A DNA stretch of 64,000 bases from an uncultured Candidatus Saccharibacteria bacterium (GCA_964568775.1 CAZMQW010000002.1:4354-68353); one strand, 5' to 3'; numbered from the stretch's first letter, positions 46,997 to 56,386 are shown. Notes: a model not told the origin generated them from the letters alone. A program made the numbers and translations.

Positions 46997-49900
46997 TTAA
47001 AGTTTTTTAATTGCTAACCAGATTGTTTTTTGGTCGACCTTTAGTTCGCGCTCAACGTCAAACACTTGTTTTGGCTTGTCGCCGGCCATCAAGTCTTTGA
47101 CTTTGGCTTCTTTAAGGATAAATTTCTTATTTCTAATTAAAATCTTGTTCAATTCGTCATCACCAGAATATCTGACCAAAATCTTGTCTTTTGGTTTGAG
47201 GCCGGCCTTTTTTCTCATCTCTTGGATTTGGCGGATAACCTCTCTGACCATTCCCTCCTCTCTCAACTCAGGCGTGATCTTGGTTTCCAGTTTAAAGCTT
47301 TTGCCGAACGTAATCTTTTTAACGTTGATTTCCTCTTTAACCAGTCCAACCAACTCTCGGTCAAGTTTTTCCCTGATTTGTAAACACGGCAGCGGCTGAC
47401 GGACTTTGATGCCGGCTTTGGCCCGGGCTGCTAGAGCTGTTGTTACTATATCCCTCGCTTTTTCCATTCTCCGGTTTAACAATTGACTGATTAATCTTTT
47501 GTCTGCTTTCGGCCAATCTGCCAGATGACAGCTTGGTTTTTTGGTTAAGTCCTGGAAAATCCTTTCGCTTAAAAACGGTACAAATGGTGCGGTCAGCTTG
47601 CTTAAGGTTGATAAAACATGACTCAAAGTGCCCGAAGCCTCCCATAGCTCTTTTGTTGTTTTGGGCTTCTGGAACCTGCGGCGGGCTCTTCTAATGTACC
47701 ACAAAGAAAGATCGTTAATAACAAAACCTTCAATTGCCCGGGCCGCGCCGGTCACGTCGTATTTGTCTAGTTTGTTGGCAACTATCTGAATCAGTTCATT
47801 TAATTTAGAAACAACCCATTTGTCCAGAATGTGCTGGGATTTAAAGGTTGCTTTCTTTTGGCCGTAAGTTTCAAAAAACAAATAGCTGTTCCAATAAGTC
47901 AGAATGAATTTCTTTAGGGCTTCGGCCAAATCTTTCTCGGCAAAAAGCTTAACGTCGCCGGGCTGGTTAACAGTGTAAAAATACCAGCGGGCGGTGTCTG
48001 CCCCGTATTTTTCAACAATATACCAAGGGTCAAACACGTTGCCCTTTGACTTGGACATTTTTTCTCCTTTTTCGTCCAAAACATGGCCCAGGGAAATGAC
48101 GTTCTTGTAAGGAGTGCCACGGCCCAGCAGAGTTGATACAGCCAGCAGGGTATAAAACCAGCCTCTGGTCTGGTCAATCGCTTCGGAAATATAGTCGGCC
48201 GGAAACTGAATATTCTTTTCAAAAGGATAATGATCTTGGGCAAAGGGCATGGCCCCCGAGTCAAACCAGCAGTCAATAACTTCGGGCACTCTTTTCATCG
48301 AACCAGAACATTTAGGACATTTGAACTTCACTTGATCAATGTAGGGCCGGTGAAAATCTAGTTCCATGTTTTCGTTATACGGTAAAATTTTAAGCTCTAG
48401 CTTTCTTGGTTCTCCTGTTTTTATTTCTTTATCTCTAGTAATAATTTCAACGAATTTTTCCGTACTATACCCATTAGTTAGCTTCTCTAGTAAGGTAATC
48501 GGCCGCTTATGGCTGATAATCAAAATATTCTTACCCTGATATTTTCTATCTATTTCTCTGACAAAATCATACATTCTTTTTTGTATCTCAATATAATTTT
48601 CTCCTTTGGGTGGCGCTATTTGAAATCTTATTGAATAATGTTCTAAAGGAGTCAACTTTTTTCCTTTATTCCAAAATTTACCAATATCTTTTAATGGTTT
48701 TTCGTTAAAAATACCGACACCGATATCTCTAAGCCGTCTATCGAGTTTTAATTTCAATCCTAGTTCCTTCCTAATGATTTCTGCGGTTTGTTTTGTTCTT
48801 AGAAGATCTGAAGAAAAAATCAAATCAATTTTTTCTTTTCTTAGTTTTTGGGCTGCTCGTTTAATTTGTAATTCGCCTTTTTTTGTTAAAGGCGAATGGA
48901 TCTTTTCTGGCCAACAACTAGAAAGTTTCTTTATATTAATTAAAGACTCTCCGTGTCTCAAGAAGAAATATTTATTACCGGTAAATTTCTGAGAAAGTAA
49001 ATCCTGCTTACCACCGATAACTTCCCGATGATCGCATTTCTGGCACTGCCAGATAGGCAAAGGCGTACCCCAATACCGTTCGCGGGAGAAAGCCCAGTCT
49101 TTCAATTTTTTCAGCCATTCGCCGAACCTGCCTTCCTTTAAATGAGCCGGCACCCAGTTAATTTTTTGGTTATTGGCAATCAGCTGTTTTTTAACTTTCT
49201 GCATGTTGATAAACCAGCTCTCTTTGGCGTAATAGAGCAGAGGCGAATGACAGCGCCAGCAAAAAGGATAATCGTGGGCGTAAAGCTCTTCCTTGTAAAG
49301 CAAACCTCTTTTTCCCAAGTCAGCTATAATTAAAGGGTCAACGTCTTTAACCCATTTGCCGGCCCAGTTTTTAACCTCTTTTTTGAATCTGCCTGTTTCG
49401 TCAACATTTAATAAGACCGGCAAGTTGTTCTTTTTTGCCACCTGCATATCGTCTTCGCCAAAAGCCGGCGCCAGATGAACTAAACCGGTTCCCTCTTCCA
49501 AGGAAACGAAGTCGCCACCCACGACAAACCAGGCTTTTTTATCCGGTTTGGCGAATTTGAACAACGGTTCATATTTTAAGCCTAACAACTTACTTCCTTT
49601 GAACTGTTCAATGATTTTGCATCCTTCGCCCAAAACAGCCAGCCTTTCTTTGGCTAGAATCAACATTTCTGCGCCGACTTTGACTTTAACGTAAGTGAAT
49701 TTGGGATTGACGGCCACAGCCACGTTACCCGGCAAAGTCCAGGGCGTGGTCGTCCAAACCAACAGATAAGTATTGGGTTTTATCTTGAATTTAACATAGA
49801 CCGAAGTCTCTTTAATATTTTCGTATCCCAAGGCAACCTCGTGCGAAGACAGAGAAGTGCCACACCTAGGACAATAAGGCACCACTTTGTAATCTTGATA

Positions 49901-50398
49901 TAAAAGCCCTTTTTGGTGGAGCTGTTTGATAATCCACCATAAAGTCTCTATGTAGTCGTTATTATAGGTAATGTAAGGATGCTCCATATCCAGCCAAAAA
50001 CCGATCCTTTCGGTCAGTTTCTCCCAGTCCTGCTTGTAAAGCCAGACTGATTCTTTGCATTTTTTATTGAATGCAGCTATGCCGTATTTTTCAATGTCTT
50101 TTTTGCTCTTGAGCCCCAGTTTTTTCTCAATTTCCAACTCCACTGGTAAGCCGTGAGTGTCCCAGCCGGCTTTTCTCAGCACCCTGAAACCCTGCATGGT
50201 TTTGTAGCGGCAGACAATATCCTTGAAAACCCTGGCCAGAATGTGATGGATGCCGGCTTTGGCATTGGCGGTCGGGGGTCCCTCGTAAAACACAAAATTG
50301 CGAGCTTTGGCCCGTTGTTTTATGCTCTTCTTAAAAATTCCAGCGTCTTTCCAATATTTTAATATCTTCTCTTCTAGTTTCGGAAAATTAACTTCCAT
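46997..50398 (-). CDS. ileS: Isoleucine-tRNA ligase (type 2) with an inserted histidine-phosphatase domain
   Basis: GPPTAN..GIHH, WTTTPWT, SRERYWG, KMSKS; insert carrying LRHGES. Confidence 0.95.
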   Translation of the reverse strand: MEVNFPKLEEKILKYWKDAGIFKKSIKQRAKARNFVFYEGPPTANAKAGIHHILARVFKDIVCRYKTMQGFRVLRKAGWDTHGLPVELEIEKKLGLKSKKDIEKYGIAAFNKKCKESVWLYKQDWEKLTERIGFWLDMEHPYITYNNDYIETLWWIIKQLHQKGLLYQDYKVVPYCPRCGTSLSSHEVALGYENIKETSVYVKFKIKPNTYLLVWTTTPWTLPGNVAVAVNPKFTYVKVKVGAEMLILAKERLAVLGEGCKIIEQFKGSKLLGLKYEPLFKFAKPDKKAWFVVGGDFVSLEEGTGLVHLAPAFGEDDMQVAKKNNLPVLLNVDETGRFKKEVKNWAGKWVKDVDPLIIADLGKRGLLYKEELYAHDYPFCWRCHSPLLYYAKESWFINMQKVKKQLIANNQKINWVPAHLKEGRFGEWLKKLKDWAFSRERYWGTPLPIWQCQKCDHREVIGGKQDLLSQKFTGNKYFFLRHGESLINIKKLSSCWPEKIHSPLTKKGELQIKRAAQKLRKEKIDLIFSSDLLRTKQTAEIIRKELGLKLKLDRRLRDIGVGIFNEKPLKDIGKFWNKGKKLTPLEHYSIRFQIAPPKGENYIEIQKRMYDFVREIDRKYQGKNILIISHKRPITLLEKLTNGYSTEKFVEIITRDKEIKTGEPRKLELKILPYNENMELDFHRPYIDQVKFKCPKCSGSMKRVPEVIDCWFDSGAMPFAQDHYPFEKNIQFPADYISEAIDQTRGWFYTLLAVSTLLGRGTPYKNVISLGHVLDEKGEKMSKSKGNVFDPWYIVEKYGADTARWYFYTVNQPGDVKLFAEKDLAEALKKFILTYWNSYLFFETYGQKKATFKSQHILDKWVVSKLNELIQIVANKLDKYDVTGAARAIEGFVINDLSLWYIRRARRRFQKPKTTKELWEASGTLSHVLSTLSKLTAPFVPFLSERIFQDLTKKPSCHLADWPKADKRLISQLLNRRMEKARDIVTTALAARAKAGIKVRQPLPCLQIREKLDRELVGLVKEEINVKKITFGKSFKLETKITPELREEGMVREVIRQIQEMRKKAGLKPKDKILVRYSGDDELNKILIRNKKFILKEAKVKDLMAGDKPKQVFDVERELKVDQKTIWLAIKKL

Positions 50399-50401
50399 AA
50401 A

Positions 50402-51925
50402 TTACATTTTTTCCGGGGCAGAAATACCCATTAAAGATAAAGTGTTTTTCAAAACGGTTTTAGTGGCTAAAACTAAAGCTAGTCGGGCTTGGGTCAAATT
50501 TTTATCTTCGGAAATAACCCGGCAGTCACGATAAAACTGGTGGAAAGCTGTAGCTAAATCCGCAGCGTATTGGGGCAAGCGCTGCACCTGGTAATCGCTA
50601 GCAATATCTTCAACAATCTCTGGAAACCTGACTAATTGCTTAATGAGTTTTAGTTCGCTTGAATGTTTTAACAGATTCAACTGAGACTTGTTCTCTTTTA
50701 CTTTGGCTTTACGTAAAATACTACAAATGCGGGCATGGGCGTATTGGACATAATAGACCGGATTCTTTTCTGACTGAGTTTTGGCCAAATCCAAGTCAAA
50801 CTCCATGTGGGTGTCCGAAGACTTCATTAAATAAAGGAACTTCACCGCATCCAGGCCTGCCTCATCCACCAGCCACTCCAGGGTTACCACCTTGCCTGCT
50901 CTCTTGGACATTTTTTCTCCTTTCAGTCTGACGACCTGGGTTATTAAAATTACAAGTTCTCCCTGATAGCCCAAGATTTTGGCCACGGCTTTTATTTTGC
51001 TGACATGGCCCTGGTGATCAGCTCCCCATATGTTGATGATTTTGTCATATTTCTTATCAAACCTGTCTTTATGGTAGGCAATGTCAGGAAGTAAATAAGT
51101 AAAAGCGCCGGTTTCCCTGACCACTACCCAATCTTTAACGTCCCCATACTTGGATGTTTTCAGCCATTGGGCATTGTCTTTTTCGTAAACCAAGCCTTTC
51201 TTTTTCAAAAAACTATATATCTTATCTATTTTGCCAGTTTGATATAAATCCTTTTCTTCTGAAATCCAGAAATCAAACTTAATATTCAGTTTCTTTTCAA
51301 TGAAGTTCTTAATGTCTTTCTGTACTTCTTTAGCTAATAATACGCCGGCCTCTCTTTCATTTTTACATTTGTTGAATTTCAATCCCTTGATCTTTCCCTC
51401 CAGATATTCATTTAAGTAAATCCTCCCCTTACCTAAAGCGGTCTCGCCCAAGGCTCTAATCTGGGAACTGTTTTTGGCGTCATTAGCGTAATGCTGGCGG
51501 GAAACGTCAAACCCGGCTTTTTCAAAAACATTAGCCAGAGTTTGGCCGAAAAAAGCTCCTCTTCCGTGGCCGATATGCAGCTGGCCGGTGGGATTGGCGC
51601 AGATGAATTCAATATTTATCTTTTTTCCTCGGCCGATATTAAGCTGGCCGAACTTTTCTTTCTTTTTCAAGATTTCTCCAACTTGTTTCTGTAAGTATTC
51701 TTTGGAAAGGAAAAAATTAATAAAACCGGACCCGGCTATCTCAACTTTCTCAAATAAATCAGACTTAAGGTTTTTGACTATCTCAGCGGCCGGCTTTTTA
51801 ATTTGCAGGGCGATATTGGTTGAATAGTCGCCGTAATTTGCTTTTTCATGACTCTCCAGCCGAATTTCGGCCGGAGATTGTCCGGTCGCTTTTTGAATTA
51901 GTTTAAGGATTTCCTGCCTCAGCAT
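50402..51925 (-). CDS. argS: Arginine-tRNA ligase
   Basis: ANPTG.LHIGH, GADH, KMSKR, YVQYAHAR, PEKM C-terminus. Confidence 0.97.
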   Translation of the reverse strand: MLRQEILKLIQKATGQSPAEIRLESHEKANYGDYSTNIALQIKKPAAEIVKNLKSDLFEKVEIAGSGFINFFLSKEYLQKQVGEILKKKEKFGQLNIGRGKKINIEFICANPTGQLHIGHGRGAFFGQTLANVFEKAGFDVSRQHYANDAKNSSQIRALGETALGKGRIYLNEYLEGKIKGLKFNKCKNEREAGVLLAKEVQKDIKNFIEKKLNIKFDFWISEEKDLYQTGKIDKIYSFLKKKGLVYEKDNAQWLKTSKYGDVKDWVVVRETGAFTYLLPDIAYHKDRFDKKYDKIINIWGADHQGHVSKIKAVAKILGYQGELVILITQVVRLKGEKMSKRAGKVVTLEWLVDEAGLDAVKFLYLMKSSDTHMEFDLDLAKTQSEKNPVYYVQYAHARICSILRKAKVKENKSQLNLLKHSSELKLIKQLVRFPEIVEDIASDYQVQRLPQYAADLATAFHQFYRDCRVISEDKNLTQARLALVLATKTVLKNTLSLMGISAPEKM

Positions 51926-51963
51926 GCTTTTAGTTTATCTTATTTTAGCTTAAAATGAAAGTG

Positions 51964-52413
51964 ATGAAAATATTATCAGAAAACAAAAAAGCCCGCTTCG
52001 CCTATGAAATTATCGAGAAGTTTGAGGCCGGCTTGGTCTTGACCGGCCAGGAAGTCAAATCAATCAAATCGGGCAGAATTAACTTGGCCGGCGCTTACGT
52101 TGTTTTAAGGGGTGGTGAAGCTTTTTTAATCAATGCCAATGTGCCCCCTTACCAGCCAAAAAACCTGCAAACTCCCTACGAGCCGGTGCGGCCGAGAAAG
52201 CTCCTGCTGAAAAAGTCGGAAATCAAGTATCTTATCGGCAAAGCCGAACAGAAACACTTGACTTTGGTCCCGCTGAGGGTGTATACTAAGAAAGGTAAAA
52301 TAAAATTAGAGTTCGGCGTAGGCCGAGGACGGCAGAAGGCCGATAAAAAAGAACTGATCAAAAAGAGAGAAACCGCCAGGGAAATTGAGAGAGAATTGAA
52401 AACACGGGGATGA
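51964..52413 (+). CDS. smpB: SsrA-binding protein
   Basis: NKKA...Y, EAGLVLTG.EVKS, RKLLL, basic tail; alternative start at 51955. Confidence 0.97.
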   Translation: MKILSENKKARFAYEIIEKFEAGLVLTGQEVKSIKSGRINLAGAYVVLRGGEAFLINANVPPYQPKNLQTPYEPVRPRKLLLKKSEIKYLIGKAEQKHLTLVPLRVYTKKGKIKLEFGVGRGRQKADKKELIKKRETAREIERELKTRG

Positions 52414-52719
52414 CAAGTTTCGATGAGAAGTGGACTAAAATAGGCAAGCAAACCAAGAATAACTGCCAAGTTATTCAAACAACCCGCATTAGCTTACGCT
52501 TAATGCCATCTGACTTGTTGATTCTCGCTAGGCAAAATCAGGTGTTATATTCAGCGAGATAGGCAGTCCTTCTGATCTAAGAGAACTGTCGAAACAATAA
52601 CGGATCAAAGGTATAGATATTTTGTCCGGTTTCAATTCTATATCTTACTAAAACTGGACTAAGCTTGTAGAATATTTTAGGAAAACTTTTCAGACGTGGG
52701 TTCGCCCCCACCATCTCCA
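52406..52719 (+). ncRNA. ssrA: tmRNA; tag frame AKLFKQPALAYA* (52465-52503)
   Basis: Acceptor GGGGATG/CATCTCC-A with G3.U; helix 2 pairings GAGAAGT/ACTTTTC, CTAAAATA/TATTTTAG, CAAGC/GCTTG; pk2-pk4 pairings; follows smpB. Confidence 0.93.
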
Positions 52720-52722
52720 CAT

Positions 52723-53232
52723 TTGAAAAAACCATTAATCAACAGACAAATAAGAGACAGGGAAGTCAGAGTGGTTGACGAAACCGGGAAGCAACTGGGA
52801 GTTATGGGTTTGGAAAAAGCGCTCCAAGAGGCTGAGGAGCGCCGTTTAGATTTAATCCAGGTTACCGAAAAAGTTACCCCGCCGGTCTGCAAGATAATGG
52901 ATTACGGTAAATATCTGTACCAGGAGAAAAAGAAAGAAAAACAGGCGACCAAAAAGCAGAAATCCGGCGAGTTGAAAGGAATCAGACTGGGCTTCAATAT
53001 CTCCCAGCACGATATGGAAACCAGAGCCAAGCAGGCCGAAAAATTTCTGAAAGAGGGCGACAAGGTCAGGCTGGAAATGATTCTGCGGGGCCGGGAAAAA
53101 GCCTTGGGCAATTTCGCCCGAGAGAAAATAAATAAATTTCTTGAGGTTCTCCAACCTCTTATTCCCTACAAGGTGGAAAGGGAGCTAAAAAGAGAACCAA
53201 GGGGATTTAGCATGATAATCGCCAAACAATGA
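52723..53232 (+). CDS. infC: Translation initiation factor IF-3
   Basis: IN.QIR..EVR, PPVCKIMDYGK, HD..T...A.KFL..GDKV; start uncertain (TTG 52723 or ATC 52738). Confidence 0.93.
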   Translation: MKKPLINRQIRDREVRVVDETGKQLGVMGLEKALQEAEERRLDLIQVTEKVTPPVCKIMDYGKYLYQEKKKEKQATKKQKSGELKGIRLGFNISQHDMETRAKQAEKFLKEGDKVRLEMILRGREKALGNFAREKINKFLEVLQPLIPYKVERELKREPRGFSMIIAKQ

Positions 53233-53414
53233 AAACACGCAAATCAATCGCCAAACGTTTCAAAATTACCCGCAGCGGCAAGATTTTAAGAAGGATGACC
53301 GGCCAGGACCACAGCCGGGCCAAGAAGTCCGGCAAAAGACGGAGGGCCGGCCGAAAGTGGGTTGAAGTTTCCAAGTCTGAAACCAAGAAAATTAAAAGGT
53401 TGCTTTTAAGTTAG
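53229..53414 (+). CDS. rpmI: 50S ribosomal protein bL35
   Basis: MKTRKS.AKRFK.T.SGK; operon position. Confidence 0.95.
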   Translation: MKTRKSIAKRFKITRSGKILRRMTGQDHSRAKKSGKRRRAGRKWVEVSKSETKKIKRLLLS

Positions 53415-53415
53415 T

Positions 53416-53763
53416 ATGGTTAGAGTCAAACGAGGAAAAGCTGCCCGCAAGCACCGCAAGCATCTGTTAAAACATGCCAAGGGTTTTCGTTGGGGTAGGA
53501 AAAGAAAATACAAACTGGCCAAGGACGCCATGCGTCACGCCTGGCACTATGCTTATCGGGATAGGAGAACTAAAAAAAGAGATAAGAGACAACTCTGGCA
53601 GACCCAGATTAATGCCGCTTGCCGAGAACAGGGCATTTCTTACAGTCGTTTCATCGCCGCTTTGAAGAAAAACAAAATTGGACTCGACAGAAAGATTTTG
53701 GCTGGACTGGCTCAAAATCATCCTGATATTTTTAAAAAGATAACTGAGAAAGCTAAAAGTTAA
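53416..53763 (+). CDS. rplT: 50S ribosomal protein bL20
   Basis: RVKRG, AKGF, YAYRDR, LW...INAA, SYS.F, LDRK. Confidence 0.97.
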   Translation: MVRVKRGKAARKHRKHLLKHAKGFRWGRKRKYKLAKDAMRHAWHYAYRDRRTKKRDKRQLWQTQINAACREQGISYSRFIAALKKNKIGLDRKILAGLAQNHPDIFKKITEKAKS

Positions 53764-53782
53764 TTTTGAATACGTAAAATAT

Positions 53783-53814
53783 AAAACCACCTCAAAAGAG
53801 GTGGTCTTTTATTT
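53783..53814. terminator. Bidirectional intrinsic terminator
   Basis: ACCACCTC-AAAA-GAGGTGGT flanked by A- and T-runs between convergent rplT and the purF-like gene. Confidence 0.8.
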
Positions 53815-55168
53815 ATTCAGTAGATGGTAAATCGCAATCAACGCAGAGTGTTTCGAGGGGTAAACCTATAGCCCCAGCCAATTCTTGAGTCGTCGGATGC
53901 TCCAAGCTTTCGATTCCTAGGAATTTAATCCTTTCTTGAGTTGAAGGAATCCGATAGGCTAAAAGTTCTCCTTTTTTGACCGTCTTCCCCCAAGGGCAGT
54001 AAGAAAGCGAATCTGGGTTAGAAATTCTGAAATGGATTTCTTTAATGCCCAACGATCTAAGTTTCGGCACTAGATTTTTTTCGGTTTGGGTGCCTCTTCT
54101 AATAGAGTCGTCGCATATTACCACTTTCTTGCCCGTATAATCTTCGCCGCTTTTCAACTGCTTGATATGAGCCTCTATATCTCTTGCTAATTGGGTCGGC
54201 TGGTCGTAACTCCGGCCGGAAAATCTGTATCTTATCAGAATCTCATCGTAAAGTGGTATCTTTTTTACTTTTTCTGCATCTCTCTGCCGGCAAAACTCCT
54301 GATGGTAGCCTATGGCGCAATGCCTGCCAGAATCTGGCACCGGAGCGACTATGTCCGGGGTGAAACCTTTTTTTATGTCGCGGCGCGCCAGAACGGCTCC
54401 TAATTTCTTGCGCACTACCGAAACGGGCACACCTTTGAATACTGCGTTGGGATAATTGGTGTAAACCCAAACGAAAGTGCAAACCTGAATCTTACCGTTC
54501 GGTATTTTATCCTGAAACTCCAGACGACCATTTTTAAGCAAAACAATTTCACCCGGTTCCAGGTCTCTTTTGAGACTGAAATCAAAGTTGCTGAAACCGC
54601 ACGGATCGGTAGCTACCGCTACAGCTCCTGTTTTTTCGCCGACGACTAACGGCCAGCGACCACTGGGATCGCAAATGACATAAACCCCATTGGGCGTCAG
54701 AATCGACAAAGAGTAAGCTCCATCAACCTCATTATTCATTCTTTTAACGCCGTCGATAAAGCCTTCTCCTTGGGATATCAGTTTGACGATCAGCTCAATG
54801 TCGACCCCTTCCCAAGCGAAAGAATGACCGAAAGTTTTAAACCTTTCCACTAAATCATCGTGGTTTATGATGTTGCCTGTAAAACAGGCGGCAAACTGAC
54901 CCAGCTTCGAATCCACCAGAATCGGTTCCCTGGTATCGCCACAATAACCAATCCCTTCTGTCCCATCCAAACCGTTCAAATCTTCACTAAAGGTAGTCCT
55001 GAAAAGCCCCCGATGCGTACGAATGTTAATTTTTCCGCCGTTATAGGTCGACAATCCAGCATATCCTTGGCCTAGGTGCTGCTGGTAAAATGTTTGCCAA
55101 AACAGTTCTTTTGAGAAATCACCTTTATATTTTCCGGGATCGACACTTAAAGCAAAAAATCCAGCCAT
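53813..55168 (-). CDS. Amidophosphoribosyltransferase-like protein lacking the N-terminal catalytic Cys
   Basis: Ntn + PRT fold; PVPDSG, VICDDSIRRGT PRPP loop, four Fe-S-type Cys; starts MAGFF; SD AAGGAG. Confidence 0.85.
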   Translation of the reverse strand: MAGFFALSVDPGKYKGDFSKELFWQTFYQQHLGQGYAGLSTYNGGKINIRTHRGLFRTTFSEDLNGLDGTEGIGYCGDTREPILVDSKLGQFAACFTGNIINHDDLVERFKTFGHSFAWEGVDIELIVKLISQGEGFIDGVKRMNNEVDGAYSLSILTPNGVYVICDPSGRWPLVVGEKTGAVAVATDPCGFSNFDFSLKRDLEPGEIVLLKNGRLEFQDKIPNGKIQVCTFVWVYTNYPNAVFKGVPVSVVRKKLGAVLARRDIKKGFTPDIVAPVPDSGRHCAIGYHQEFCRQRDAEKVKKIPLYDEILIRYRFSGRSYDQPTQLARDIEAHIKQLKSGEDYTGKKVVICDDSIRRGTQTEKNLVPKLRSLGIKEIHFRISNPDSLSYCPWGKTVKKGELLAYRIPSTQERIKFLGIESLEHPTTQELAGAIGLPLETLCVDCDLPSTE

Positions 55169-55199
55169 ATCGTTTTCTCCTTTCTATATTTTTATTTTG

Positions 55200-55475
55200 T
55201 TAAACAACTACAGTATCATTTTTTATTATCATACCTTCTTTCTTAAGTAAAGAGGTTTTTCTTTTTGGCCCGTATCTATAACCGCCAACCTTACCGTAAG
55301 ATTTTATCACTCTGTGGCAGGGAATTTTAACGTCTCGATTTTTATTTAGAATATTACCAACTGCCCGCCAGGCCTTGGGTTTACCCGCCAATCTAGCTAC
55401 TTGCTTATAACTTAAAACTTTCCCCCTAGGGATTTTCTTGACGGCTTCATGCACTTTTTTTTGAAAGATAGTCAT
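55200..55475 (-). CDS. MGMT family alkyltransferase (C-terminal domain only)
   Basis: IP.G.V.SY..VA, RAVG, IPCHRV. Confidence 0.9.
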   Translation of the reverse strand: MTIFQKKVHEAVKKIPRGKVLSYKQVARLAGKPKAWRAVGNILNKNRDVKIPCHRVIKSYGKVGGYRYGPKRKTSLLKKEGMIIKNDTVVV

Positions 55476-55887
55476 TAGCTTTTTTGAGAATTGCTTTGGC
55501 GTTTTGAAAATTCAGCTGGTTTAAAGCTTCCTGGTAAGGAAGCCACTGATAGCCAATATGTTCAGAAGAAACTTTAATATTATTGTTTTTTGTTTCCGCT
55601 AAATAAAAAATAACTGTTTTAAAAACGATTTTACCTTTATCTTTAAAAAAATATTTTATCCATTCTTTAAACCCGTCAACAAATTTGATGTCGGCTAAAC
55701 CAGTTTCTTCCGCTACTTCCCGGCTGACGGTGGCTTCTGGCTTTTCGCCTTTCTCAATATGGCCCTTAGGAAAATCCCAATAATCTTTGGCGGTTCTGGA
55801 ACCAGTTGGATAATGTAAAAGAAGATAATATATTTTACCTCCTTCTTTCCTAAAAATGACGGCACCAGCCGATTTTTCTAAAGGCAT
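55447..55887 (-). CDS. NUDIX hydrolase (Ap4A hydrolase-like)
   Basis: SAGAV, WDFPKGH.E.GE......RE..EETG, SEH. Confidence 0.9.
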   Translation of the reverse strand: MPLEKSAGAVIFRKEGGKIYYLLLHYPTGSRTAKDYWDFPKGHIEKGEKPEATVSREVAEETGLADIKFVDGFKEWIKYFFKDKGKIVFKTVIFYLAETKNNNIKVSSEHIGYQWLPYQEALNQLNFQNAKAILKKANDYLSKKSA

Positions 55888-55891
55888 AATA

Positions 55892-56386
55892 TTAAATTCT
55901 CAAAATCAATGGTATTTCGTTGCACTCCGAGGGGAAACGGGGGCAATCGGCGCATTCCTGCCAGATCTTTTGGGGTAAATCTGTTTTTTTTATTTCTTTG
56001 AACCCCAACTTCTGGAAAAATTCCCTGTTTTCTTCAACCGTCAAGGTGAATATTTTATTCATCTCCATCTTTTTTGCTTCTCTAATGCATTTTCTGACAA
56101 GCCTAGTACCGATGCGTTTTCCTTGATATTTTTCTAAAATAGCCAATGACTTGATCTCGGCCAAAACAGATTCACGACTTCCGGGCCGGTATTCTTTGCC
56201 TAAAATATGCAAAGCGCAACAGCCGACAATCTTTTTATTGACCACGGCCACCAAATAATCCCTGATGTTGCTATAAATCATGTAAATCGGCCGGAACATC
56301 ATAATTTCTCTTTTGGCGTAAAAATCAATCATTTTCTTGATTTTCACAGCGTCGCTGATTTTCGCCTTTCTAATAATTGTTTTCAT
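55892..56386 (-). CDS. GNAT N-acetyltransferase (short ArgA-like)
   Basis: AEIKSLA, QGKRIG, FF.KLGF, LPQKIW.EC..C; start at MKTIIR. Confidence 0.85.
   Translation of the reverse strand: MKTIIRKAKISDAVKIKKMIDFYAKREIMMFRPIYMIYSNIRDYLVAVVNKKIVGCCALHILGKEYRPGSRESVLAEIKSLAILEKYQGKRIGTRLVRKCIREAKKMEMNKIFTLTVEENREFFQKLGFKEIKKTDLPQKIWQECADCPRFPSECNEIPLILRI

Noticed and set aside
48385-48990. Intein or intron as the explanation for the ileS insert
   Set aside because: No C/S...HN splice motifs or homing-endonuclease motif; the frame is continuous and the motifs are those of a phosphatase
52696-52722. Pro-rich N-terminus (MGSPPPSPH) of the infC ORF
   Set aside because: This is the tmRNA T arm and acceptor stem read as codons
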